This document shows, piece after piece, positions 10,179-18,769 of a DNA stretch of 64,000 bases. Each line of letters starts with the position of its first letter. Positions within the stretch are counted from its first letter, which is position 1. The translations under genes and the position numbers were made by a program. Under the pieces are notes generated by a model. It worked only from the letters and a program-made list of their open reading frames with translations. It was not told the origin of the DNA and searched no databases. The stretch is from an uncultured Gemmatimonadales bacterium (lineage in GTDB: Bacteria > Gemmatimonadota > Gemmatimonadetes > Gemmatimonadales > GWC2-71-9), in the NCBI GenBank assembly GCA_963730185.1, contig CAVSQW010000009.1:96001-160000 (forward strand), in the 5' to 3' direction.

Positions 10179-10463
10179 ATGGGCCACGTGTTCCATCCCG
10201 GTCACGAGGAGCTCCACGGCGTGACGGTGGCCTTGGAAGGGGCCTCGGGCCGGCTGTACGTCGGCCGGTACCACGAACGGACCGCTCGTGGTGTGGTGCT
10301 CCATGACCTGGCCGTTCACGATCCCGCCACCGAGACGATGGCCCGGGGGGAGTGGATTGCCAGGCTCAGGAAATTCGGCGTCCCGGTGCAGCAGCGCACC
10401 TCGGTGATCCCGCCCGGTGAGGCTGGCTCGGTGACCCGATTCACCGAATACCAAGTCGGTTAG
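10179..10463 (+). CDS. Hypothetical His-rich small protein, possible Sm/SH3-like fold
   Basis: 94 aa ORF 6 nt after brx, followed by terminator; MGHVFHPGHEELHG N-terminus. Confidence 0.7.
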   Translation: MGHVFHPGHEELHGVTVALEGASGRLYVGRYHERTARGVVLHDLAVHDPATETMARGEWIARLRKFGVPVQQRTSVIPPGEAGSVTRFTEYQVG

Positions 10464-10472
10464 TAGTTGTTC

Positions 10473-10503
10473 AAAGGACACCGGTTGCTCAGGGGTCCTT
10501 TTT
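10473..10503 (+). terminator. Intrinsic terminator of suf operon
   Basis: aaaggac.cc / gg.gtccttt stem running into a T5 tract. Confidence 0.55.
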
Positions 10504-10516
10504 GTCGCATTGACGA

Positions 10517-10556
10517 GTAAAGGAGACTTGACATACTGATATGTGTGCTTTACAAT
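10517..10556 (+). promoter_or_regulatory. Near-consensus sigma70 promoter with putative XRE operator
   Basis: TTGACA (10528-10533), 17 nt, TACAAT (10551-10556); GTAAAG-N4-CTTGAC inverted repeat over the -35 and a CTTTAC half site at the -10. Confidence 0.75.
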
Positions 10557-10572
10557 CGAATCCGGAACCTCG

Positions 10573-10980
10573 GTGGAGCGCCGATTGAGCCCATTCTCTG
10601 ACAAGTGGTTCGCAGTGGTCGGCCTCGCTTTGCTGTCGGCGGTGCTGACGATCGGGGTGGCGTGGGTCGATCGCGTGGTGGAGCTTCCGGGAGCGGTTCA
10701 TGTCGCCTTGGTCGTGCTTCCCCTGGTGCCGTTGGTGGCGATGTTTTTCGGGATCGCTCGTTGGATCGAGGCGCTGGACGAGTTGCAGCGACTGATCCAT
10801 CTCGAGGCGTTCGTCTTCCAGTTCAGTGCCACGGGGTTGCTGGTGATTGGCTACGGAACTCTGGCGCGGGCCGGCGTGCTCCAGGACCTGCCGGTGAGCC
10901 GGGTATTTTCCGGGCTCTGGATCGCCATCTTCGTGTTCTGGGCTTTAGGACTTGCCCTGGTTCGCCGGAAGTACCGGTGA
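10573..10980 (+). CDS. Hypothetical 4-TM membrane protein
   Basis: Hydrophobic segments, LDELQRLIHLEA motif, ends RRKYR; GTG 10573 lies downstream of the promoter. Confidence 0.75.
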   Translation: MERRLSPFSDKWFAVVGLALLSAVLTIGVAWVDRVVELPGAVHVALVVLPLVPLVAMFFGIARWIEALDELQRLIHLEAFVFQFSATGLLVIGYGTLARAGVLQDLPVSRVFSGLWIAIFVFWALGLALVRRKYR

Positions 10981-11213
10981 ACAACCGCCTGCGTCTGCTG
11001 CGTGCCGAACGGCGCTGGTCTCAGGCGGAGCTCGCCGATCGGCTGGGCGTCTCGCGGCAGACGGTGAACGCTATCGAAACGGGCAAGTACGACCCCAGCT
11101 TGCCGCTGGCATTCGCGATGGCCCGTCTGTTCGGGCAGCCGATCGAGGCGATTTTCGACCCCGGTTCGGGGAACGGGTCGGGACGCGACGGTCGGGATGA
11201 TGGAACTCGTTGA
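10977..11213 (+). CDS. XRE/Cro family HTH transcriptional regulator
   Basis: NNRLRLLRAERRWSQAELADRLGVSRQTVNAIETGKYDPSLPLAF; GTGA overlap. Confidence 0.93.
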   Translation: MNNRLRLLRAERRWSQAELADRLGVSRQTVNAIETGKYDPSLPLAFAMARLFGQPIEAIFDPGSGNGSGRDGRDDGTR

Positions 11214-11292
11214 ATCCGGAGCCGTACTGACGGGGCCGCCGAGACGGGCGAGTCGTTGCCTCGGTCAATCTCCTCGCGCAAAAGGACACCAG

Positions 11293-12249
11293 ATGATCTC
11301 CGATGTGATTTCGGTGGAGGGCGTGACCAAGCGGTTCGCCGGCCATACCGCGGTCAAGAACCTGTCCCTGAAGGTTCCGAAGGGCGGCATCTTCGGGTTG
11401 CTCGGGCCCAACGGCGCCGGAAAGAGCACCACGATCCGGATGATGATGAACATCATCATGCCGGACGAGGGTCGAATCCAGGTGTTCGGCGAGGCGGCTG
11501 CGAGCCGGGATCTGTCCCATCGGATCGGGTATTTGCCGGAGGAGCGCGGGCTCTATCCCAAGATGCGAGTGCTCGATCAGCTGGTGTTCCTGGGTGAGGC
11601 CAAGGGGATCGCGCGGTCCAGCGCCCGGGCCAAAGCCGGTCAGTGGTTGAGTCGGCTGGGCCTCGAAGACTGGGCCGTGAAGAAGGTTCAGGACCTCTCG
11701 AAGGGCATGCAGCAGAAGGTCCAGTTCATCGGAGCCCTGCTGCACGATCCGGAGCTCGTGGTGCTGGACGAGCCGTTCAGCGGGCTCGATCCGGTGAACA
11801 GCCAGGTCATGAAAGAGGTCGTGGTCGAGATGGCCCGTCAGGGCCGGACGGTGCTGTTCTCGACCCACATCATGGAGCAGGCCGAGAAAATGTGCGACCA
11901 CATCGTGATCATCGCCCGGGGTGAGAAAGTGGTGGATGGCTCGCTGGCGGACATCAAGCACGAGTTCGGCGGGCGGCACGTCGGGCTCACCTTCACCCGG
12001 AACGCGGAGCGGGCGGCGCGGATCCTCCAGGACCGGACCCTGGTGACGCGCGTCGACGACAACGGGGCCTCGGCCGAGGTGGAGCTAGCGCCGGATGCGG
12101 ATCCAGAGCGACTGCTCGTCGGTCTGGTGCAGAACGACGTCGGTCTCTCCCGGTTCGAGGTGCAGGAGGCGTCCTTGCAGTCGATCTTCATCGCCAAGGT
12201 CGGTGCCGGCGCGACCACGGCCCCTGCGAGTGAGGTGTCGCATGCATAA
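11293..12249 (+). CDS. ABC-2 type transporter ATP-binding protein
   Basis: GPNGAGKST, LSKGMQQK, LDEPFSGLDP; AAAGGA RBS. Confidence 0.93.
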   Translation: MISDVISVEGVTKRFAGHTAVKNLSLKVPKGGIFGLLGPNGAGKSTTIRMMMNIIMPDEGRIQVFGEAAASRDLSHRIGYLPEERGLYPKMRVLDQLVFLGEAKGIARSSARAKAGQWLSRLGLEDWAVKKVQDLSKGMQQKVQFIGALLHDPELVVLDEPFSGLDPVNSQVMKEVVVEMARQGRTVLFSTHIMEQAEKMCDHIVIIARGEKVVDGSLADIKHEFGGRHVGLTFTRNAERAARILQDRTLVTRVDDNGASAEVELAPDADPERLLVGLVQNDVGLSRFEVQEASLQSIFIAKVGAGATTAPASEVSHA

Positions 12250-13555
12250 GGTCTTTGCGGTCATCCGGCGGGAGTACCTCGAGCGGGTCCGGACCAAAGC
12301 GTTCATCATCGGCACGCTGCTCGGGCCGGTCTTCTTCGCAGCGCTGGCGATCATTCCGGGGTTGCTCCTGAGCCGGGGGAGCGCCGGCCAGCGGATCGCC
12401 GTGGTCGACGCGACCGACGGTCAGCTGGGCGAGCAGATCGTCACGGCGTTGGCGCGGGTCAAGGTCGGGACGGGCCCGAGCGCCAAGGCGCGGTACGACG
12501 CCCAGCTCCTCAAGGCGCCTGATCGGGCGCAGGAGGTGCTCGATTCCCTGGTGCCGCACACCGGACTCTCGAAGGACGTGGCCGACGCATGGGACGGGAT
12601 CCTCGTAGTGGACGAGTCGGCGGTGGCGACGGGCAAGGTGAACTACTACGGGGCCAACGTGGGCAGCATGGAGGACATGCAGGTGCTCCGGGCATCACTG
12701 ACGCCGGTGGTGATCACGGTCCGGCTCCAGCGGGCGGGCGTCGATCCGGCGGTGGCCCTCGGGGCAACCACGCCGGTGGCACTCGAGACCCAGAAGATCT
12801 CCGACGGGAAGCTCACCGGACAGTCCGGTGGCGCGACGTTCGCCCTGGCCTACGCGATGGGGTTCATTCTGTATCTGGCACTCCTCCTCTATGGCACCCA
12901 GGTGATGACCTCCATCATCGAGGAGAAGTCGAATCGGATCATCGAGGTCCTGGTGTCGAGCCTGACGCCGTTCCAGATGATGCTCGGCAAGGTGGTGGGG
13001 GTGGGGCTGGTGAGCCTGACCCAGCTCGGCATCTGGGGGACCGCGGGGGTGTTGCTCACCACGTACAAGGGCGCGATCCTCGGTGCGCTGGGTATCGCCT
13101 CGCAAAACGCCGGCGGGTTCCAGCTTCCGACCCTTCCGATCGGGCTGGTTCTGGTGTTCCTCCTGTTCTTCGCGCTTGGCTTCCTGCTCTACAGCTCCGC
13201 GTACGCGGCGGTGGGCTCGATGTGCAACACGGTCCAGGATACCCAGCAGGCGCAGATGCCGATCATGATGTTCGTGATCGTCGGGTTCTTCTCGACCTTC
13301 GCCTTGCTCAAGGATCCGACCGGCACCTTTGCCCGGGTGGCGGGCTTCATTCCGCCGCTGGCCCCGTTCGTGATTCCGGTTCGGTACTCGCTGGCTCCGA
13401 TCCCGATCTCGGAGTTGGCGATCTCGGTGGTCCTGACGGTGCTCGGTATGCTGGCCGTGGTGTGGTTGGCTGCCCGGATCTATCGGGTCGGAATTCTGAT
13501 GTACGGCAAGCGGGCGTCCTTCCGCGACGTGATCCGCTGGGTGGGGGCCAAGTAG
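12242..13555 (+). CDS. ABC-2 type transporter permease (NatB/YhaP-like)
   Basis: REYLERVRTKAF, IEEKSNRIIEVLVSS, IYRVGILMYGK. Confidence 0.9.
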   Translation: MHKVFAVIRREYLERVRTKAFIIGTLLGPVFFAALAIIPGLLLSRGSAGQRIAVVDATDGQLGEQIVTALARVKVGTGPSAKARYDAQLLKAPDRAQEVLDSLVPHTGLSKDVADAWDGILVVDESAVATGKVNYYGANVGSMEDMQVLRASLTPVVITVRLQRAGVDPAVALGATTPVALETQKISDGKLTGQSGGATFALAYAMGFILYLALLLYGTQVMTSIIEEKSNRIIEVLVSSLTPFQMMLGKVVGVGLVSLTQLGIWGTAGVLLTTYKGAILGALGIASQNAGGFQLPTLPIGLVLVFLLFFALGFLLYSSAYAAVGSMCNTVQDTQQAQMPIMMFVIVGFFSTFALLKDPTGTFARVAGFIPPLAPFVIPVRYSLAPIPISELAISVVLTVLGMLAVVWLAARIYRVGILMYGKRASFRDVIRWVGAK

Positions 13556-13639
13556 CCATCGCCTGAGCGCCTCGGGCGCCGTTGTCTCGAGCCGGAGTCC
13601 GCCGTTTCGCCGGCGGCCCCCGGCTCGTAGCTTTCGGGC

Positions 13640-15487
13640 ATGTCGTTCGACGTGATCGTGATCGGGGGAGGGCATGCGGGCGCCGAAGCCGCCGCCGCTT
13701 CGGCGCGGATGGGCGCCCGTACGCTGCTCCTGACCCAGAATCTCGAGACCATCGGCCAGATGTCGTGCAACCCCGCCATCGGGGGGATTGCCAAGGGCAC
13801 GGTCGTTCGGGAGGTCGATGCCCTCGGCGGGATAATGGGCCGGGCAACCGACCGGGCCAGGATTCAGTTCCGGATGTTGAATCGTTCGAAGGGCCCGGCC
13901 GTCTGGTCGCCGCGGGCGCAGTGCGACCGGGGGCTCTATCGGCGGGCGGTGCGGCGGGAGCTCGAGCGGCTGGACGGAATCCGGTTCGCCCAGGGCACGG
14001 TGGCCCGCCTTCGGCTGAGCGGCGACCGGGTGCGGGGCCTCGAGACGACGGACGGCCGCCGGTTCGAGGCAGGTGCGGTGGTCGTGACGGCGGGAACCTT
14101 CCTGCGGGGTCGGATCCACGTCGGATTGACGCCGGCGGTCGCGGCGGGTCGCGCGGGTGATCCTCCGTCGGTGGAGATGGCGGAAGACATTGCAGCACTA
14201 GGACTTACAGTAGAACGCTTCAAGACGGGAACCCCCCCGAGGATCGATGGTCGGACGGCCGACCTGGCTGGCCTGGAGCGTCAAGACGGCGATGCGGGGG
14301 GGTACTGGTTTTCGCATTTCGAGCGGGCGCCGCACCCGCCGCAGCTGCCGTGTTATGTGACCCACACGGGCGAGGCGCTCCGAGAGATCATCCAGCGCCA
14401 TCTCGGTGAATCGGCGCTTTACGGCGGGGCGATCAGCAGCCGAGGGCCGCGGTACTGTCCTTCGATCGAGGACAAGATCGTTCGGTTCCCGGAGGCGGAT
14501 CGGCACCAGGTCTTTCTGGAGCCGGAGGGGCTGGAGACGAAGGAGATGTACGTCAACGGGCTGTCCACCTCGCTTCCACCAGAGGTGCAGCTGGCGTACC
14601 TGAGGTCCGTCCCTGGTCTCGAGCGGGTTGAGATGACGAGGCCCGGCTACGCGATCGAGTATGACTATTTCCCTCCCACCCAGCTGGATCGGACGCTCCG
14701 GGTGCGAGAGGTAACAGGTCTTTACTTCGCGGGGCAGATCAACGGCACCACGGGATACGAAGAGGCGGCGGGGCAGGGTGTGCTGGCCGGTCTGAACGCT
14801 GCGGCCGTGGCGCTCGGGCATCCGCCCGTCGTGCTGGGCCGAAGCGATGGGTACATCGGTGTCTTGGTCGACGACTTGGTGACCCGGGGAGTGGATGAGC
14901 CGTACCGGCTCTTCACCTCGAGGGCCGAGTTCAGGCTGATGCTTCGCCAGGACAACGCCCTTCGTCGTCTCTATCCGCTTGCCGTCGGGTTGGGACTGTT
15001 CACCGACGAGGAGCGTCGGGTGGCGGACGAACGGCTCGGGGGTGAGGACCGGGTTGCGGAATGGGCTCGGGAGACGACCGTCCGTCCTAGAGAAGTCAAC
15101 GATTTGCTGATTGCGGCCTCGGGAGAGCCCATTCGGGAGGCCTTGAGAGTCGCCGAGCTGGCCCGTCGGCCGGGAGTCTCGCTCGGGGCTCTCGTCGAGC
15201 GGTTTGGAGAGCGGGGCGACGCGGAGCATGCCCATTGGGCCGGCGTCGAGCTCCGGTACGCGGGCTACATGGCGCGCGAGCGGGAAATGGCGGATCGCCT
15301 CGCCGAAATGGAGGGGTTCCTCCTTCCGGCGGACGCGGAGTACCGCTCCTTCCAGGCGGTTTCATTCGAAGCTCGGGAGAAGCTCCACGCGCGGCGTCCC
15401 GAGACCCTAGGCCAGGCGGCCAGGATTCCAGGTGTCTCTCCGAGTGACCTTCACGGCGTAGTACTGGAGATCACCCGCCGCCGCTGA
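13640..15487 (+). CDS. mnmG: tRNA U34 modification enzyme MnmG (GidA)
   Basis: GGGHAG, MSCNPAIGGIAKG, RFKTGTPPR, RYCPSIEDK, GQINGTTGYEEAA. Confidence 0.97.
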   Translation: MSFDVIVIGGGHAGAEAAAASARMGARTLLLTQNLETIGQMSCNPAIGGIAKGTVVREVDALGGIMGRATDRARIQFRMLNRSKGPAVWSPRAQCDRGLYRRAVRRELERLDGIRFAQGTVARLRLSGDRVRGLETTDGRRFEAGAVVVTAGTFLRGRIHVGLTPAVAAGRAGDPPSVEMAEDIAALGLTVERFKTGTPPRIDGRTADLAGLERQDGDAGGYWFSHFERAPHPPQLPCYVTHTGEALREIIQRHLGESALYGGAISSRGPRYCPSIEDKIVRFPEADRHQVFLEPEGLETKEMYVNGLSTSLPPEVQLAYLRSVPGLERVEMTRPGYAIEYDYFPPTQLDRTLRVREVTGLYFAGQINGTTGYEEAAGQGVLAGLNAAAVALGHPPVVLGRSDGYIGVLVDDLVTRGVDEPYRLFTSRAEFRLMLRQDNALRRLYPLAVGLGLFTDEERRVADERLGGEDRVAEWARETTVRPREVNDLLIAASGEPIREALRVAELARRPGVSLGALVERFGERGDAEHAHWAGVELRYAGYMAREREMADRLAEMEGFLLPADAEYRSFQAVSFEAREKLHARRPETLGQAARIPGVSPSDLHGVVLEITRRR

Positions 15488-15497
15488 CGCAGTTCGG

Positions 15498-15513
15498 TGT
15501 TCCACGTGGAACA
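15498..15513. promoter_or_regulatory. parS: parS centromere site 1
   Basis: Perfect palindrome TGTTCCACGTGGAACA. Confidence 0.95.
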
Positions 15514-15575
15514 CTGCGCCGCTCAGCCGGCAACCTGGTAGTGGCTGGCTTTGGTCCTCAAGGCCTGAGGGCCCG

Positions 15576-15591
15576 TGTTCCACGTGGAACA
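15576..15591. promoter_or_regulatory. parS: parS centromere site 2
   Basis: Perfect palindrome TGTTCCACGTGGAACA, 78 bp after site 1. Confidence 0.95.
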
Positions 15592-15887
15592 CCAAGCCTT
15601 CGAGATCCCCAGGATCACCTTCCCATCGGACTGCCTGCCGCCCTCCTATGGTCCGGTGGTGGTAATTCTGGTCCGGTGGTGGCAATTCGTCCTGTTGGAA
15701 TGCTCTGACGGCCTCATAGGGTCGCATCGGCGGCTCGACCGGTTCGGCATTCGAGTGGAGTGGTTTCGACCGGAAGTTGGGTTTGCATCGATGGTTCCGA
15801 GCGGTATATTCGAGGCTCGCCAGGGTGTAGCTTGTCAATGTATTGTTCTGTATGTTATTATAGCTAAACAGCTTACAAGATAATGCA

Positions 15888-16685
15888 ATGACGAGGATCA
15901 TCGCAATCGCGAACCAGAAAGGCGGCGTGGGAAAGACCACGACCGCCGTGAATCTGGCGGCCTCGATCGCCATCGCCGAGCGGCGAACCTTGCTCGTCGA
16001 TGCCGACCCCCAGGCCAACGCGACCAGCGGTGTCGGCCTCGACAAGAACGCTTCGGCCGCGTCTCTCTACGACGTCATCGTCGAGGGCCGCCCCGCGTCT
16101 GAGGCGATCGTGCAGGATCGCGAACTTCCCTTCCTCTCGGTGCTTCCGGCAAGTCAGGACTTGGTCGGAGCCGAACTCGAGCTCGTCGGCGGAACCGATC
16201 GGGAGCGCCGGCTCCGGTCGGCGCTCGAGGCACTTAGGGGGTCGTATGACTTCATACTCATCGATTGCCCGCCATCTCTTGGCCTGATCACGCTCAACGT
16301 CCTGACCGCGGCGCAGGCCGTCATCATTCCGATCCAGTGTGAGTACTACGCCCTCGAGGGCATTTCGCAGCTGCTCAACACGGTTCGCCTGGTCCAGCAG
16401 AACTTCAACCCGTCCCTCGTGATCGACGGCGTGCTGCTCACGATGTACGATTCGCGCCTCAACCTCTGCCGGCAGGTCGCCCAGGAGGCGAACGAGTACT
16501 TCGGTCCGAAGATGTTCAAGACGGTGATTCCCCGGAACGTGCGCCTCGCCGAGGCGCCCAGCTTCGGGAAGCCGATTCTGATGTACGACGTGCAGTCGGT
16601 GGGGGCCAAGAGCTACATCGCCGTGGCGCAGGAGCTGATGAAACGCAGCGAGCAAGCCGAGACGATGACCCGGGAGGCCGAGTGA
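15888..16685 (+). CDS. parA: Chromosome partitioning ATPase ParA/Soj
   Basis: [36 protein letters not shown]. Confidence 0.96.
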   Translation: MTRIIAIANQKGGVGKTTTAVNLAASIAIAERRTLLVDADPQANATSGVGLDKNASAASLYDVIVEGRPASEAIVQDRELPFLSVLPASQDLVGAELELVGGTDRERRLRSALEALRGSYDFILIDCPPSLGLITLNVLTAAQAVIIPIQCEYYALEGISQLLNTVRLVQQNFNPSLVIDGVLLTMYDSRLNLCRQVAQEANEYFGPKMFKTVIPRNVRLAEAPSFGKPILMYDVQSVGAKSYIAVAQELMKRSEQAETMTREAE

Positions 16686-17563
16686 GCGAGCGCCGGTTGG
16701 GCCGCGGCCTGGAGGCGCTGCTCGGGCCGATCTCTCGAGAGCAGGCGGAGGCGTCCGGCGCTTTGCAGGAGCTGCCCGTCGGCACCATCCGCCCTAACCC
16801 GTACCAGCCGCGGCGCGAGTTCGAGCCCCAGGCGCTGGCCGAGCTGGCCAGCTCGATCTCGGCGTCGGGGTTGCTGCAGCCGGTAGTCGTGCGAGCGCGG
16901 GACGGTGGCGGCTACGAGTTGATCGCCGGCGAGCGCCGTTGGCGGGCCGTGCAGCAGCTCGGTTGGGCGAAGGTGCCGGCGGTGATCAAGGAGGTCGACG
17001 ACCGGGCGCTGCTGACCCTGGCGCTGATCGAGAACCTGCAGCGCGACGAGCTGACCGCGATGGACGAGGCTCGGGGATACGATCGGCTGATCCAGGAGTT
17101 CTCGCTCTCCCAGTCCGAGGTGGCTCGCCTGGTCGGCAAGGACCGGGTGACGGTCTCCAACACGCTTCGGCTCCTCAAGCTTCCCGCCGACGTACAGCAG
17201 CTGGTCGACTCCGGGGCGCTGAGCGGCGGCCACGCGCGGGCGCTGCTGGCGTTGCCGGACGAGCGGCAGATGAGCAAGCTCGCGCAAACCGCGATCGGTC
17301 GAGAGTGGTCAGTGCGGGCGCTCGAGGCTCGAGTCCGGGGACAGGCCCCGACCAGCCGGTCGGCTCGCCGGGCCAAAGCCGCCGAGGGGTCGGCCACGGC
17401 GGAGGTGCAGCGGGTGGAGGACGCGCTCCGGAAGCGGCTCGGCACCGACGTCCGGATCACGGCCAAGCGCCGGGGCCGTGGGTTCGTCACGATCACCTAC
17501 TACTCCAACGACGACCTGGCGCGTCTGCTGGAGCTGATGCTCGGGGAGCCTTTCGCGGGATGA
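16682..17563 (+). CDS. parB: Chromosome partitioning CTPase ParB
   Basis: [32 protein letters not shown]. Confidence 0.96.
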   Translation: MSERRLGRGLEALLGPISREQAEASGALQELPVGTIRPNPYQPRREFEPQALAELASSISASGLLQPVVVRARDGGGYELIAGERRWRAVQQLGWAKVPAVIKEVDDRALLTLALIENLQRDELTAMDEARGYDRLIQEFSLSQSEVARLVGKDRVTVSNTLRLLKLPADVQQLVDSGALSGGHARALLALPDERQMSKLAQTAIGREWSVRALEARVRGQAPTSRSARRAKAAEGSATAEVQRVEDALRKRLGTDVRITAKRRGRGFVTITYYSNDDLARLLELMLGEPFAG

Positions 17564-18369
17564 CCGGGTCGCGGCGGGGCGTGTCGATTCTCGTGTCGAT
17601 CGACGGAGCGCTCAAGTCGACGACCTACCGGGCTCCGCTTTGGGTGGTCCGGCTGGCGCTGGGCGGGGCGATCGCTCTGGCGGTACTGCTGGTCGCGGCG
17701 ATCGGGTTCTACGGCCCGATTGCCCGGGCGGCGGCGCGGGTTCCCGGTCTCGAGCGCGAGGTCGAGCGGCTCTCCACGGACCGCGATCGAGTTCGCGAAC
17801 TGGCCCAGGCGCTCGACAGCGTCGAGGCCAACTACGCCCACCTCCGCCAGATGGTCGGCGCCGACATCGTGCCCGACCCGGTCCAGCTGGGCTCGTCGGC
17901 GCCGGTGGCGCCGGCGGTGATCGTGATGCCCGCGGGGCTCCGCCCGACCTACGAGCGGGGCCCCTCGATGCCGAGGCACTGGCCCCTCGACGAACGCGGG
18001 TACATGACCCGGGGTCAGGTACCCGACGGTGCGTCGCAGGGGCCCGCATCCGACGAGGCCCACCCGGGCATCGACATTGCGGTGCCGGTCGGCACGTTGG
18101 TGCGGGCGGCGGGTGGAGGCACCGTCCTTCAGACGGGTGAGGGCGCGGAATACGGTCGGTTCGTCCTGCTCCAGCATCCGGACGGCTACCAGACGATGTA
18201 CGGGCATCTGTCGCGAATCACGGCGGTGGAGGGGGAGCGGATCGGCGCCGGCGCGGTTGTGGGCAGGTCAGGCAACACGGGGCGGTCGTCGGCGCCGCAT
18301 CTGCACTTCGAGATTCGAAAGAACGGGGTGTCGATCGATCCGCTGACCCTGGTCAAGGAGGGGCGTTGA
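17560..18369 (+). CDS. Membrane-anchored M23 family metallopeptidase
   Basis: N-terminal TM and coiled coil; HPGID, YGHL, PHLHFE; ATGA overlap with parB. Confidence 0.9.
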   Translation: MTGSRRGVSILVSIDGALKSTTYRAPLWVVRLALGGAIALAVLLVAAIGFYGPIARAAARVPGLEREVERLSTDRDRVRELAQALDSVEANYAHLRQMVGADIVPDPVQLGSSAPVAPAVIVMPAGLRPTYERGPSMPRHWPLDERGYMTRGQVPDGASQGPASDEAHPGIDIAVPVGTLVRAAGGGTVLQTGEGAEYGRFVLLQHPDGYQTMYGHLSRITAVEGERIGAGAVVGRSGNTGRSSAPHLHFEIRKNGVSIDPLTLVKEGR

Positions 18370-18370
18370 G

Positions 18371-18769
18371 ATGGGAATATTTTCGAACGGGGCGACCACC
18401 GAGGGCGCACCGTCGGCGCCGACACGTCGCCGGACGGACGGGCACGCCTTGTCCATCGTCGCCCAGGACATGACCGTCACCGGCGACCTGGCGGCCGAGG
18501 GTGTGGTCCGGGTCGAGGGCCGGGTGAACGGTAACATCTCGGCCGGGATGCAAGTGCTGCTCTCGGAGGGTGGCCTGGTCGAGGGCGACATCAAGACCAA
18601 GGAAGCGGTCCTGGGTGGCGAGGTTCGGGGGACGGTCACCGCCGAGGAGCGGATCGAGGTGCAGGCGACCGCCTCGGTTCACGGCGACTTGGTGGCGCCC
18701 AAGCTCCTGATCCAGGAGGGTGGGCGCCTCAACGGTGCCATTCGGATGGAAACGGTCCCAGCCGAATGA
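18371..18769 (+). CDS. Bactofilin (polymer-forming cytoskeletal protein)
   Basis: VTGDL..VRVEGRVNGNI..VEGDI..VHGDL..IQEGGRLNG beta-helix repeats. Confidence 0.92.
   Translation: MGIFSNGATTEGAPSAPTRRRTDGHALSIVAQDMTVTGDLAAEGVVRVEGRVNGNISAGMQVLLSEGGLVEGDIKTKEAVLGGEVRGTVTAEERIEVQATASVHGDLVAPKLLIQEGGRLNGAIRMETVPAE

Noticed and set aside
15488..15887. Possible oriC next to mnmG/parS
   Set aside because: No TTATCCACA-type DnaA boxes seen and no dnaA in the window
15407..16045. ORFs 15575-15883(+) and 15407-16045(-) containing FHVEH
   Set aside because: FHVEH is simply the translated parS palindrome; no protein family features
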